The position numbers and the translations under genes are program-made. Below the pieces are notes generated by a model that saw only the letters and a program-made list of their open reading frames with translations, made no database searches and was not told the DNA's origin. A stretch of 35,423 nucleotides of DNA, taken from a virus (taxonomy: Duplodnaviria > Caudoviricetes). Location of the stretch: the IMG/VR virus record IMGVR_UViG_3300033076_001273, positions 1 through 35,423 of that record; one strand, written 5' to 3'. Below are positions 15,925-24,663 of the stretch, in pieces (the first letter of the stretch is position 1; every line of letters starts with the position of its first letter).

Positions 15925-16713
15925 ATGAAAGACGCATTAGGCGACAGAATGAAAGAGTTCTACGAGGATAGAACTAGAATCAAACTCCCAAGAAGAACTT
16001 ACACGATTATCCGTATTGACGGAAAAGCATTTCACACTTACACAAAAGGATTAAAACGACCATTTGATGATGGCTTAATTGAAGACATGAATAGCACTAC
16101 AGCTTATTTGTGTAAAAACATTCAAGGAGCCAAATTTGGTTATGTTCAATCAGATGAGATCTCAATAGTTTTAACAGACTTTGACGAATTAGGTACTCAT
16201 GCGTGGTTTGACAATAACCTACAAAAAATGGTAAGTGTTGCAGCTTCTATGGCAACTGCAAAGTTCAATCAACTTCGCATGGCAAGATCTACGTGGGAAG
16301 GTTCAGATGTTGCAGGTTCTCTTGATCAAGATGATATTGAGAATTTCAAACTTGCAATGTTCGACGCTAGAGCATTTCAAATCCCATTTATTGATGAGGT
16401 AGAAAACTACTTCATCTGGAGACAACAAGATGCTGTGAGAAATTCAATCTCTTCAGTTGCACAAAGTCTTTATAGTCCACGTGAATTAAATGGCGTTAAG
16501 ACAGATCAAATGCAGGAATTGATTTTCCAGAAAGGTATCAATTGGAATGATTATGATTTTCGCCTAAAACGAGGAGCAGTGATTGGTAAGGTTCCAGTTG
16601 AATTACAGAGCGGAGATGTGACATATACCAGAAATAAATGGAAAGTACTTGACACGCCTACATTTACACAAGACAGAGAATTTATTAAGGGACTATTAAA
16701 AATAGAGAGATGA
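15925..16713 (+). CDS. tRNA(His) guanylyltransferase Thg1-like protein (3'-5' polymerase)
   Basis: LGDRMK.YE, IIRIDGKAFHTYT, YVQSDEIS, FDARAF, YFIWRQQDAVRNS. Confidence 0.92.
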   Translation: MKDALGDRMKEFYEDRTRIKLPRRTYTIIRIDGKAFHTYTKGLKRPFDDGLIEDMNSTTAYLCKNIQGAKFGYVQSDEISIVLTDFDELGTHAWFDNNLQKMVSVAASMATAKFNQLRMARSTWEGSDVAGSLDQDDIENFKLAMFDARAFQIPFIDEVENYFIWRQQDAVRNSISSVAQSLYSPRELNGVKTDQMQELIFQKGINWNDYDFRLKRGAVIGKVPVELQSGDVTYTRNKWKVLDTPTFTQDREFIKGLLKIER

Positions 16714-17954
16714 TACACGAGATAGTAGAATGGATCTCATTACAAATTAAAACTAATCAATTTTTCGGAGCAGCAGCTTTTGCATCAATTGCCGCTGCTC
16801 TTTTTACTTCTTTGAAAGGAGTACCAAAATGGATTTGGGATAGATTTGTTATTTTGGTTTCTTATAAAGTTACAGTTTATCAAACTGACGAATTATACGA
16901 GTACATAACATTTTGGATTAGAGATAACTATAAATCTAAGGCTCGTAACGTAGAGTATACAACTAAATCTACTAATGCAGATTATGAGAACCACCATATT
17001 GATGACACAAATGGTAAAAAAGCTAACGAGATTAAAGAGATTCCAATTGAAGACTTTTTCTATTTAAGAATGTATAATAGATGGCTTCGCGTTTCGTGTG
17101 GTCGAGATAAGCTTGAAAATGCAAATAACTTGAAGTCAGTCTATTTAAAGCACTACACAATCAAAGGCTTATTTGCATCTCGTTCAATTAGAAAGTTGAT
17201 TAATGAAATCAATGAGAAATATGGTAATGCAAAAAGAGATCCAAGATTCCATATTTCTAGAGCTAATTACTTCTCATACATGCAAAATATTACAGGAAAG
17301 CCATTAAGCCAAGTTGTCCTAAATACAAAATTAAAGAGTGAAATTTTAAATGACATCAATCTGTGGATAAATTCAAAAGATGAATATGAACGTCGAGGAA
17401 TTTCTCACAAACGAGGACATTGCTATTTTGGCCCACCAGGAACTGGAAAAACCACATTAGCTCGAGCAATATCGCTTGAATATGAGATGGACGTTTATAA
17501 CGTTAATCTAAACAGTATAGGTGGAGATGATGAATTGATTTCAATGTTTACTGAGATCAGACCAAATTCAATTTTACTTTTTGAAGACATCGATGCATAC
17601 TTTGACAAAAGAAGCATCATAAACGAAAAATCAAATGTAACCTTCAGTGGATTATTAAACGCATTGGACGGAGCTATCAATCTAAATAGTGTTTTGATTA
17701 TATTTACAACAAATCATATTGAGAACTTAGATCCAGCTCTAATAAGACCAGGAAGAATTGACATCATTAAAGAAATAGGATTTGCAACGAATACTGAAAT
17801 AGATGAATACCTATCTATGTTCTATTTAAGGGACATTAAGATACCATTTGATGCTACAACATCAATGTGCAATGTCCAGAATGCATGTTTAGCAAATCCA
17901 GAAGATCCAGATATGGCAATCAACGTGTTACAAAAAATGTTAATAACTTATTGA
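16710..17954 (+). CDS. BCS1-like membrane-anchored AAA+ ATPase
   Basis: N-terminal hydrophobic segment, KRGHCYFGPPGTGKT, LLFEDID, VTFSGLLNALDG, TTNHIENLDPALIRPGRID. Confidence 0.8.
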   Translation: MIHEIVEWISLQIKTNQFFGAAAFASIAAALFTSLKGVPKWIWDRFVILVSYKVTVYQTDELYEYITFWIRDNYKSKARNVEYTTKSTNADYENHHIDDTNGKKANEIKEIPIEDFFYLRMYNRWLRVSCGRDKLENANNLKSVYLKHYTIKGLFASRSIRKLINEINEKYGNAKRDPRFHISRANYFSYMQNITGKPLSQVVLNTKLKSEILNDINLWINSKDEYERRGISHKRGHCYFGPPGTGKTTLARAISLEYEMDVYNVNLNSIGGDDELISMFTEIRPNSILLFEDIDAYFDKRSIINEKSNVTFSGLLNALDGAINLNSVLIIFTTNHIENLDPALIRPGRIDIIKEIGFATNTEIDEYLSMFYLRDIKIPFDATTSMCNVQNACLANPEDPDMAINVLQKMLITY

Positions 17955-17972
17955 AAAATAAACGCAAAAAGC

Positions 17973-18012
17973 TTTTTATTGTCAAGAATTAGTTGTATAT
18001 TTACTCTATAAT
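17973..18012 (+). promoter_or_regulatory. class A promoter upstream of the NAMPT-like gene
   Basis: TTTTTATTGTCAAGAATTAGTTGTATATTTACTCTATAAT. Confidence 0.75.
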
Positions 18013-18028
18013 TAAAAACAAACAAGAT

Positions 18029-19510
18029 ATGAATCCATTATTATTAACCGATGGCTACAAAACAGGCCACCACCAACAGTATCCAAAAGGAACAACCTTT
18101 GTTTACTCAAACTTCACACCAAGAAGTAACAAATATGCTCCTAAAGGTTGCGAGCAAGTTGTTTCATTTGGACAGCAATTAATCATGAAACAAATTCATG
18201 AAGCATTTGAAAAAGATTTCTTTAGTCGTCCAAAAGACGAAGTTTGCGGAGAAATGAAACGCGAGTTATCAATGTACTTAAACACTGATTACGATGTTAG
18301 TCACTTTGAAGCTCTTCATGATTTAGGTTACCTACCTATCAATGTTAAAGCAATCAAAGAAGGAACCTTAGTTCCGATGAAAGTTCCAGTTTTGACAATT
18401 TACAATACACACCCTGATTTCTTTTGGGTAACTAACTACTTAGAGACAATCATCTCTAACTTGTTATGGAAGCCTATGACTTCTGCAACTATTGCACACC
18501 AATATCGTAAGGTATTAACTTCATGGCAAGAAAAAACCGATGCTGAAAGAGCTTGGTTTATCGATTGGCAAGGACATGACTTCTCAATGAGAGGTATGGA
18601 TTCGGTAGATGCTGTAATCTCTTCAGGCCTTGGTCACTTGACTTCATTTAGTGGATCTGATAGTTTACCTGCTATCTTCGGTGCTCGTAAATTCTATAAC
18701 GAAACTGGATTTGTTGCTGGTTCTGTGAATGCAACTGAACACTCAGTAATGTGCGCTGGAACTAAAGACGATGAAGTTGGTACCTTTAGAAACTTGATGC
18801 AAACGTATCCAACAGGAATTCTTTCTATCGTTTCAGATACTTGGGACTTATGGAAAGTTTGTACTGAACACATTGTTACTCTTAAAGAAGAAATTCTTGC
18901 TCGTGATGGTAAAGTAGTTATTCGTCCTGACTCTGGTGATCCAGTAGATATTATCTGTGGCGCATGGGATGAAAATAGATTACCATCTGGCAACTATGAA
19001 AAAACACCTAAGTCTGGTCCTGAAGGTAAAGGAGTTATTGAATTACTTTGGGATGTATTTGGTGGAACTATCAACGAACAAGGTTACAAAGTTCTTGACT
19101 CTCACATTGGGGCAATCTATGGTGACTCAATTACAATTGAAAGAGCTGACGAAATCTGTAGACGTTTAGAAGCAAAAGGATTTGCAAGTACAAACATTGT
19201 TTTAGGTGTAGGTTCATTCACATACCAATACAATACTCGCGATACATTCGGTTTTGCAATGAAAGCAACTTATGTTGTAGTAAACGGCGAAGGACGTGAA
19301 ATCTTTAAAAATCCAATCACTGATGATGGTACTAAGAAATCTGCAACCGGTTTATTGAGTGTCTTCAAAGACGATAATACTGGAGCTTATCAATTACACG
19401 ATCATTGTGATTGGGAAACTGAAGACAAAGGTGAATTGCAAACCATTTACAAAAATGGTCAATTTGAGAACCAAACTTCTTTAACTGAAATTAGAGAACG
19501 TTTAAAATAA
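18029..19510 (+). CDS. nicotinamide phosphoribosyltransferase-like protein; probable Namat (NARP1)
   Basis: LLTDGYKTGH..QYP, HDFSMRG, ATEHSVM, SIVSDTWD, VIRPDSGDP, IYGDSIT, TRDTFGFAMKAT, KKSATG; start moved to ATG 18029. Confidence 0.9.
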   Translation: MNPLLLTDGYKTGHHQQYPKGTTFVYSNFTPRSNKYAPKGCEQVVSFGQQLIMKQIHEAFEKDFFSRPKDEVCGEMKRELSMYLNTDYDVSHFEALHDLGYLPINVKAIKEGTLVPMKVPVLTIYNTHPDFFWVTNYLETIISNLLWKPMTSATIAHQYRKVLTSWQEKTDAERAWFIDWQGHDFSMRGMDSVDAVISSGLGHLTSFSGSDSLPAIFGARKFYNETGFVAGSVNATEHSVMCAGTKDDEVGTFRNLMQTYPTGILSIVSDTWDLWKVCTEHIVTLKEEILARDGKVVIRPDSGDPVDIICGAWDENRLPSGNYEKTPKSGPEGKGVIELLWDVFGGTINEQGYKVLDSHIGAIYGDSITIERADEICRRLEAKGFASTNIVLGVGSFTYQYNTRDTFGFAMKATYVVVNGEGREIFKNPITDDGTKKSATGLLSVFKDDNTGAYQLHDHCDWETEDKGELQTIYKNGQFENQTSLTEIRERLK

Positions 19511-19515
19511 TCAAA

Positions 19516-19758
19516 ATGATATTTTTAGCAATCTATATTATAGGGTATTTTGCATCGCTTTGGGCGATGCATACCTTTAAAAAGGAATTGGATATCGATT
19601 CATACGATCCACCGCATTGTGAATATTATGACGATTACAATTCAAATGCTGAAGCTTATCTTAGTTTTAGTTTTGCGTGGCCCTTATTTTGGTTCGCAAT
19701 GATTTTAAAATTGATCTGGAACGGCTTATTATTCATCTCAAAAAAATTAGAAAAATGA
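19516..19758 (+). CDS. small membrane protein
   Basis: Two hydrophobic segments, AWPLFW. Confidence 0.7.
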   Translation: MIFLAIYIIGYFASLWAMHTFKKELDIDSYDPPHCEYYDDYNSNAEAYLSFSFAWPLFWFAMILKLIWNGLLFISKKLEK

Positions 19759-20045
19759 ACAACAAAAACATAACTTTATTCGCGTTAATATTATGTGCAT
19801 TAGTAATCCTTTTGGTTACTAGTTGTAATGTTAAACAAGAAAAAACAGATGTAGTATCAGATGTAATACCTCACAATGAATTAAATAATAATTCTAGATA
19901 TTACAATCAGCAATACGAGGTTTATACACTAGAAGGTTGTGAATATATCGTAGTTGGTTTTGGTAAAGAAAAATGGGGTTCACACAAAGGAAACTGTAAA
20001 AATCCAATACATAAAACACAAGATACACAGAATGGAAGTAATTAA
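19755..20045 (+). CDS. putative lipoprotein
   Basis: MNNKNITLFALILCALVILLVTSC lipobox-like signal; EGCEY..HKGNCKNPIH; start reassigned to 19755. Confidence 0.65.
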   Translation: MNNKNITLFALILCALVILLVTSCNVKQEKTDVVSDVIPHNELNNNSRYYNQQYEVYTLEGCEYIVVGFGKEKWGSHKGNCKNPIHKTQDTQNGSN

Positions 20046-20508
20046 AGCACCAGAAAATGCAAGCTGGAATATTGAAAAGCATACAACTGTTTTCTTAGCA
20101 GGTTCTATTGAAATGGGAAAGGCTGAAGATTGGCAAGCAGTAATACCTGAACTATTTAAAGATCGAAACAAATTAACCTTTCTTAATCCTCGTAGAGATG
20201 ATTGGGATTCTAGCTGGGAACAAAAAGAATCAAATCCGCAATTTAGCGAACAAGTAAATTGGGAAATGGATATGCTAGATGCATGCAATATCATCTTCAT
20301 GTATTTCTCTCCAGAAACCAAAAGTCCAATTAGTCTATTAGAACTTGGTCTTCATGCTGAATCTGATAAAATGATCGTTTGTTGTCCAGATGAATTCTGG
20401 CGCAAAGGAAATGTAGACATAGTTTGTAGTCGTTATGGTATTCCAGTCTACAATACATTAGAAGCTGCCATCGGTAGATTAAGAACACTTTTAAAGGACG
20501 TAAAATAA
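20032..20508 (+). CDS. nucleoside 2-deoxyribosyltransferase-like protein
   Basis: VFLAGSIEMG..DWQ, NPRRDDWD, QVNWE, SPISLLELG, GNVDIVC; start reassigned to 20032. Confidence 0.85.
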   Translation: MEVIKAPENASWNIEKHTTVFLAGSIEMGKAEDWQAVIPELFKDRNKLTFLNPRRDDWDSSWEQKESNPQFSEQVNWEMDMLDACNIIFMYFSPETKSPISLLELGLHAESDKMIVCCPDEFWRKGNVDIVCSRYGIPVYNTLEAAIGRLRTLLKDVK

Positions 20509-20509
20509 T

Positions 20510-21145
20510 ATGCGAGTAATATTTCTAGACATAGATGGGGTGATGAATTCCACTGTCTTTTATAAAAGAAGACATAAGCGTAGATGGAGAAAACCTATCA
20601 CATATTGGTATGAACTTCGTTATATGTTTAGAAAGTTATTTGGAATTAAACCCAAAGCAATTTCATTAGCTGACTATAAGTCACCAGATTCGCATTATAC
20701 ATTTGAATGGCAGTTTGATCGTCTTAAAGAAGAAACTTGTCAAGAAAAATGGAAATGGTTAAGTGAATGGTGTAATGAAACAAATACGAAAATTTGTGTA
20801 TCATCTACATGGAAACATCACTTTGGAACTAAAGGATACGTATCAACGCCTGAAAAATGGGAAGATGCTTTTCAATTATTGGGCTTTAAAGAAGGTACAT
20901 TCGTAGGTATTACAGGTGACAGAAGAACCTTACGTGGTGAAGAAATTCAAGATTGGTTAGATAAACATCCTGAGGTAACTGACTATGCAATCTTAGACGA
21001 TGATTCAGATATGACTGAAGAACAATTCTATAAATTTCACCACTGTGATCCATGGTTTGGATTAACACCAAATCATCTATATAGAATAGACCGACAATTT
21101 GAAAACAAAAGTAACTATAAGAAATTAACAGAGACAATAAAATGA
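20510..21145 (+). CDS. HAD phosphatase (Swiss-Army-knife RNA-repair-associated type)
   Basis: IFLDIDGV, VSSTWK, RGEEIQDWL, YAILDDDSDM, GLT. Confidence 0.8.
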   Translation: MRVIFLDIDGVMNSTVFYKRRHKRRWRKPITYWYELRYMFRKLFGIKPKAISLADYKSPDSHYTFEWQFDRLKEETCQEKWKWLSEWCNETNTKICVSSTWKHHFGTKGYVSTPEKWEDAFQLLGFKEGTFVGITGDRRTLRGEEIQDWLDKHPEVTDYAILDDDSDMTEEQFYKFHHCDPWFGLTPNHLYRIDRQFENKSNYKKLTETIK

Positions 21146-21732
21146 AAGTAATATTTTTAGACCATGATGGAGTTATATGTTTAGCGACTGAGTGGGGTGG
21201 TAGATATAAGAAGCGCCAAAGAGCAGAAGGTATTAAAGCATCAGATAATGCTAAAGATATGCCAGTTGAATATCGCTTTGACAACTTCAATCAAAAAGCA
21301 CTTGATATTCTCAACGATATTATCAAACAAACTGGGGCTGAAATAGTAGTAAGTTCAGATTGGAAACGTTGGGCCACATGCGAAGAGATGGGAGAATATT
21401 ACGAGTCTAAAGGAATATGTAAGAAACCAATTGCATATACACCAAATTTAAGTGAATGTACATGGTACAATGCAGGTACATTTGTTTGGTCACATAAATG
21501 GGATCTAGAACAAACTCGAGCTATTGAGATTAAACAATATCTAATCGATCATCCAGAAATTACACATTGGGTAGCTATAGATGACCTCAATATGGGTGCT
21601 CCATATACTGATCCAGATTGGGGCGAAATGGATCGAGATTGGGGACTTAAGAACTTTGTCTTAACACCAAAATCCAGAGAAGGCATTAAACAAAATGGCA
21701 TTAAAGAAAAGATCCTAAAGTTTTTACTTTAG
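21142..21732 (+). CDS. second HAD phosphatase paralog
   Basis: IFLDHDGV, IVVSSDWK, RAIEIKQYL, WVAIDDL. Confidence 0.8.
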   Translation: MKVIFLDHDGVICLATEWGGRYKKRQRAEGIKASDNAKDMPVEYRFDNFNQKALDILNDIIKQTGAEIVVSSDWKRWATCEEMGEYYESKGICKKPIAYTPNLSECTWYNAGTFVWSHKWDLEQTRAIEIKQYLIDHPEITHWVAIDDLNMGAPYTDPDWGEMDRDWGLKNFVLTPKSREGIKQNGIKEKILKFLL

Positions 21733-21740
21733 GATTTTTT
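21712..21740 (+). terminator. intrinsic terminator overlapping the HAD gene end
   Basis: ATCCTAAAG-loop-CTTTAGGAT-TTTTT. Confidence 0.6.
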
Positions 21741-21744
21741 ATGC

Positions 21745-21773
21745 TGAAACAATAACAAATTCGCGTATATAAA
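21745..21773 (+). promoter_or_regulatory. class B promoter heading the putative DNA-modification operon
   Basis: TGAAAC-N17-TATAAA. Confidence 0.7.
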
Positions 21774-21788
21774 CTGTAAACAATCAAT

Positions 21789-22091
21789 ATGAGTAATATT
21801 TTAGAACAAGCAAACAAGATTATTAACGAAAGATCTGAAGAGAAAGAACGTCAGTATGGTCCTTTTGAAGAAGGTATGCGAAGAGCAGCTCAAATTGCAA
21901 GCGGAATGACTGGTAAAGAATTCACTGGATCAGATATGTATGCTGCGTTAGTTGCATTAAAATTGAGCAGACACTCTTATAATTATAAACAAGACAATCT
22001 ATTAGATGCTGTAGCATACTTAGGTGCTTTAGATAATTACGTTGAGAAGTTTGGTTACAAAGACACTGAAAAACCTATCACAAATGAATAA
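21789..22091 (+). CDS. DUF6378-like small alpha-helical protein (possible nucleotide pyrophosphatase)
   Basis: ILEQA..II.ER..QYG.F, ALKLSR, DNLLDAVAY pattern. Confidence 0.6.
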   Translation: MSNILEQANKIINERSEEKERQYGPFEEGMRRAAQIASGMTGKEFTGSDMYAALVALKLSRHSYNYKQDNLLDAVAYLGALDNYVEKFGYKDTEKPITNE

Positions 22092-23166
22092 TCAAGAATT
22101 TACTTATTTAACTGATTACGTAAAAGACATGGATGCCAAAATTGGCATCTGTTCTCTTGTTGGTAAGATCAGTCCAAAAATCAGTTCGCATAAAGCTGGC
22201 TGGTGTTATATGATTGCGAATCAAGTTAGAAACGCAGGTTATAAAGACGTAGAAGTTATCACATCAGTTGAAACTAAATGGGACGAGTACGATGTAATTC
22301 TTATCGACCATGGTATGGAATTCAAAGGTACCTTCAATATTTTCGGTGGAGCTAATGATGATTTATACTACCAATTGATCCGCATCAGATGTGGAACTCG
22401 TATGTATAGTTTGCATCATGATATGCCATGTATTGGTACTCTTATTGAGCAAAGACTTAAAACTGGCTCAGATCTTTTCAAAACACTTGAACCTGAAATA
22501 GATCTAATTAAAGAGATGGTTGCGCAAGGTGATATTCCAAGAATCGATCATATCCAAAAAACTGATAAACTTTGTTTTGGTGATAGTCATTCATTTAGCC
22601 AATATGAAGCAGGTTATATGTGTCAAAGACACGATGGTTTAACTATGCACGGTGCTTTAAAAAGAGGATTAGATTCTTATGTGTATCCGTGGATCAAAAG
22701 CCTAAAGGTTTACATGGGCAATATCGATGTTCGTCATCACTTAATGAGACAAGCTGATCCTAAAAAAGCTGTTGAAATTTTGTTAGCTAACTATGAGTCT
22801 GAACTTAAGAAGCTTCAGGCTAATGGTGTAGAAAATATCGAAGTGATTCAAGTTCTACCTATTGAAAATGAATCAAGAGTTTTGCCTAAAACTGGTTATT
22901 ACAAAGGTACACCGTTTTATGGAACTTGGGCAGAAAGAACAGCCCTTGTAAAACAAATAAATAATGGTATAGAAGCCATGTGTAAAGCCAATGGATGGAA
23001 CTGCTATAAACACCCTGATGTTTATTTTAATTCAGAAGGAGAACTAACATTTGATGTAATGGAACAACCTAAATCAGTGCATATCTCCAGAGAATATTAC
23101 AGATGGGATTTAATTAAGAACCAACCAAACAAGAATTTGGAAAAAAAGACAATGGCTCTTTTTTAA
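22084..23166 (+). CDS. protein with C-terminal SGNH/GDSL-like domain
   Basis: FGDSHS (block I), MGNID (block III), SVH (block V); start reassigned to 22084. Confidence 0.55.
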   Translation: MNNQEFTYLTDYVKDMDAKIGICSLVGKISPKISSHKAGWCYMIANQVRNAGYKDVEVITSVETKWDEYDVILIDHGMEFKGTFNIFGGANDDLYYQLIRIRCGTRMYSLHHDMPCIGTLIEQRLKTGSDLFKTLEPEIDLIKEMVAQGDIPRIDHIQKTDKLCFGDSHSFSQYEAGYMCQRHDGLTMHGALKRGLDSYVYPWIKSLKVYMGNIDVRHHLMRQADPKKAVEILLANYESELKKLQANGVENIEVIQVLPIENESRVLPKTGYYKGTPFYGTWAERTALVKQINNGIEAMCKANGWNCYKHPDVYFNSEGELTFDVMEQPKSVHISREYYRWDLIKNQPNKNLEKKTMALF

Positions 23167-23193
23167 AAACCGAATAAATAAGAAAACGAGAAA

Positions 23194-23448
23194 ATGAAAT
23201 TATTATATTTTTCAGCACCATGGTGCGCACCTTGCAAAATGTTAGCACCTTTAATGGAAAGAGTAGCTGAAACACGAGCAGTAGAAAAAATCAACATTGA
23301 TGAAAACTTTGAGTTAGCTCAAAAATTCAATATCAGAAGTATACCAACGGTTGTCTTAGTTGATGAATCTGAGCAAGAATTAGAAAGAACAATTGGTCCA
23401 AAGGCAGAAGCATTTTATCACGAATTATTCGAAAAACACAGTAACTAA
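23194..23448 (+). CDS. thioredoxin
   Basis: FSAPWCAPCK, IRSIPT. Confidence 0.92.
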   Translation: MKLLYFSAPWCAPCKMLAPLMERVAETRAVEKINIDENFELAQKFNIRSIPTVVLVDESEQELERTIGPKAEAFYHELFEKHSN

Positions 23449-24663
23449 ATGGCTATTCAGACTACAAGATATTATGATGAATTTCTTAGGTATTTTAAGC
23501 TAGCTGAAAAGCAACAGGAACTGTGTAATCTTGGTACAACGTCATACATAGATTCTAATATAGGTGATGATTTGATGCATCATGTTGAGTTGTATGATGT
23601 GGTAGAAAGAAAGTTTGCTGGATTTTCACAAATCATTAATGATGTATTTTATGGTTGGACACCTGCTCATCCATATTGGGACAAAATGCAAAAGGGCATT
23701 CATTCTAAATACCGAAAAGAAGTAGCCACAAATTGGACAGGAAAACAAGCTGTTTTTGGATTAGAAGAATGGCTTTATATTTTCATCTTACATCGAGTTT
23801 GTGGATCAGGTATTAATTACGCTCTTAATCCATCAGGTTACCATAATACATTGCTCTTTCATTTGCACGAGTGTGATAATATCGAACAAATGATCGAAAT
23901 AGTTAATAGTCACCCTCACCCGTTCTACACTTCTGTAGGTTATCAATTTCCTGCATTTCCAAAACCACCAGTACCTCAGCATTCTGATGATTTATTTGTG
24001 GGTATGACAGGATTTACACCTAATGCAAGAGTTTACAAAAGAGGAGGTGATTATTATCTAAGTGAATTTGCTCCAAGATTAGCAAGAGACTTAGCTGCTT
24101 TTCTAGAGAACGGGGAACGAAAGACTTTAAGGGAACTAGGAGATTTCATGTTCAAGTGGAATCAAGACAATGGCTTAAGAGTCTATCGATTTCAGTACGC
24201 TGCTGTGATAGCAGATATAGCTGACTGGTATCCTCAATTTGTTCATCGTGATAGTATGTTCTATTATGGTACAAACGCAGTGGAGTGTATCGGGTACTTA
24301 GCAAATCCTATTGGCTATAGCAACAAAAAGAACGAACAGTTCTTAGATGAGGTTATGAACAAAATATACGCTGACACTGGATCATTACCATACAATGCAG
24401 AAGACGTTGCGTGTGACTTTATTAGATGGGTTGAAAACTACGTTAAACCGGGAGCTGATTATGCTCACTTAGATTATGACGCTGTCTTTTCAAGTTGCGA
24501 AATTAAAGACCATCCATTTGGTCGTCAAAAAGCTATGTTAGATCTTGGTATTGTTAAGACATTCAAGGGTATGACAGCACACCCATCTGATGATAAAATT
24601 ATCAAAGATGCTGGTTTGACAATAGAAGAATACAAACAAAGAGTAAACGAATTTTACAAATGA
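23449..24663 (+). CDS. divergent 5-hmU DNA kinase / aGPT-Pplase1-like helical protein (paralog 1)
   Basis: Motif order YDVVER..S, ILHR, FQYAAVIAD, YGTNA, NAEDVACDFIRW parallels the family pattern as recalled (NV.R, LFR, F....D, GPGA, E..LCE..KY). Confidence 0.5.
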   Translation: MAIQTTRYYDEFLRYFKLAEKQQELCNLGTTSYIDSNIGDDLMHHVELYDVVERKFAGFSQIINDVFYGWTPAHPYWDKMQKGIHSKYRKEVATNWTGKQAVFGLEEWLYIFILHRVCGSGINYALNPSGYHNTLLFHLHECDNIEQMIEIVNSHPHPFYTSVGYQFPAFPKPPVPQHSDDLFVGMTGFTPNARVYKRGGDYYLSEFAPRLARDLAAFLENGERKTLRELGDFMFKWNQDNGLRVYRFQYAAVIADIADWYPQFVHRDSMFYYGTNAVECIGYLANPIGYSNKKNEQFLDEVMNKIYADTGSLPYNAEDVACDFIRWVENYVKPGADYAHLDYDAVFSSCEIKDHPFGRQKAMLDLGIVKTFKGMTAHPSDDKIIKDAGLTIEEYKQRVNEFYK

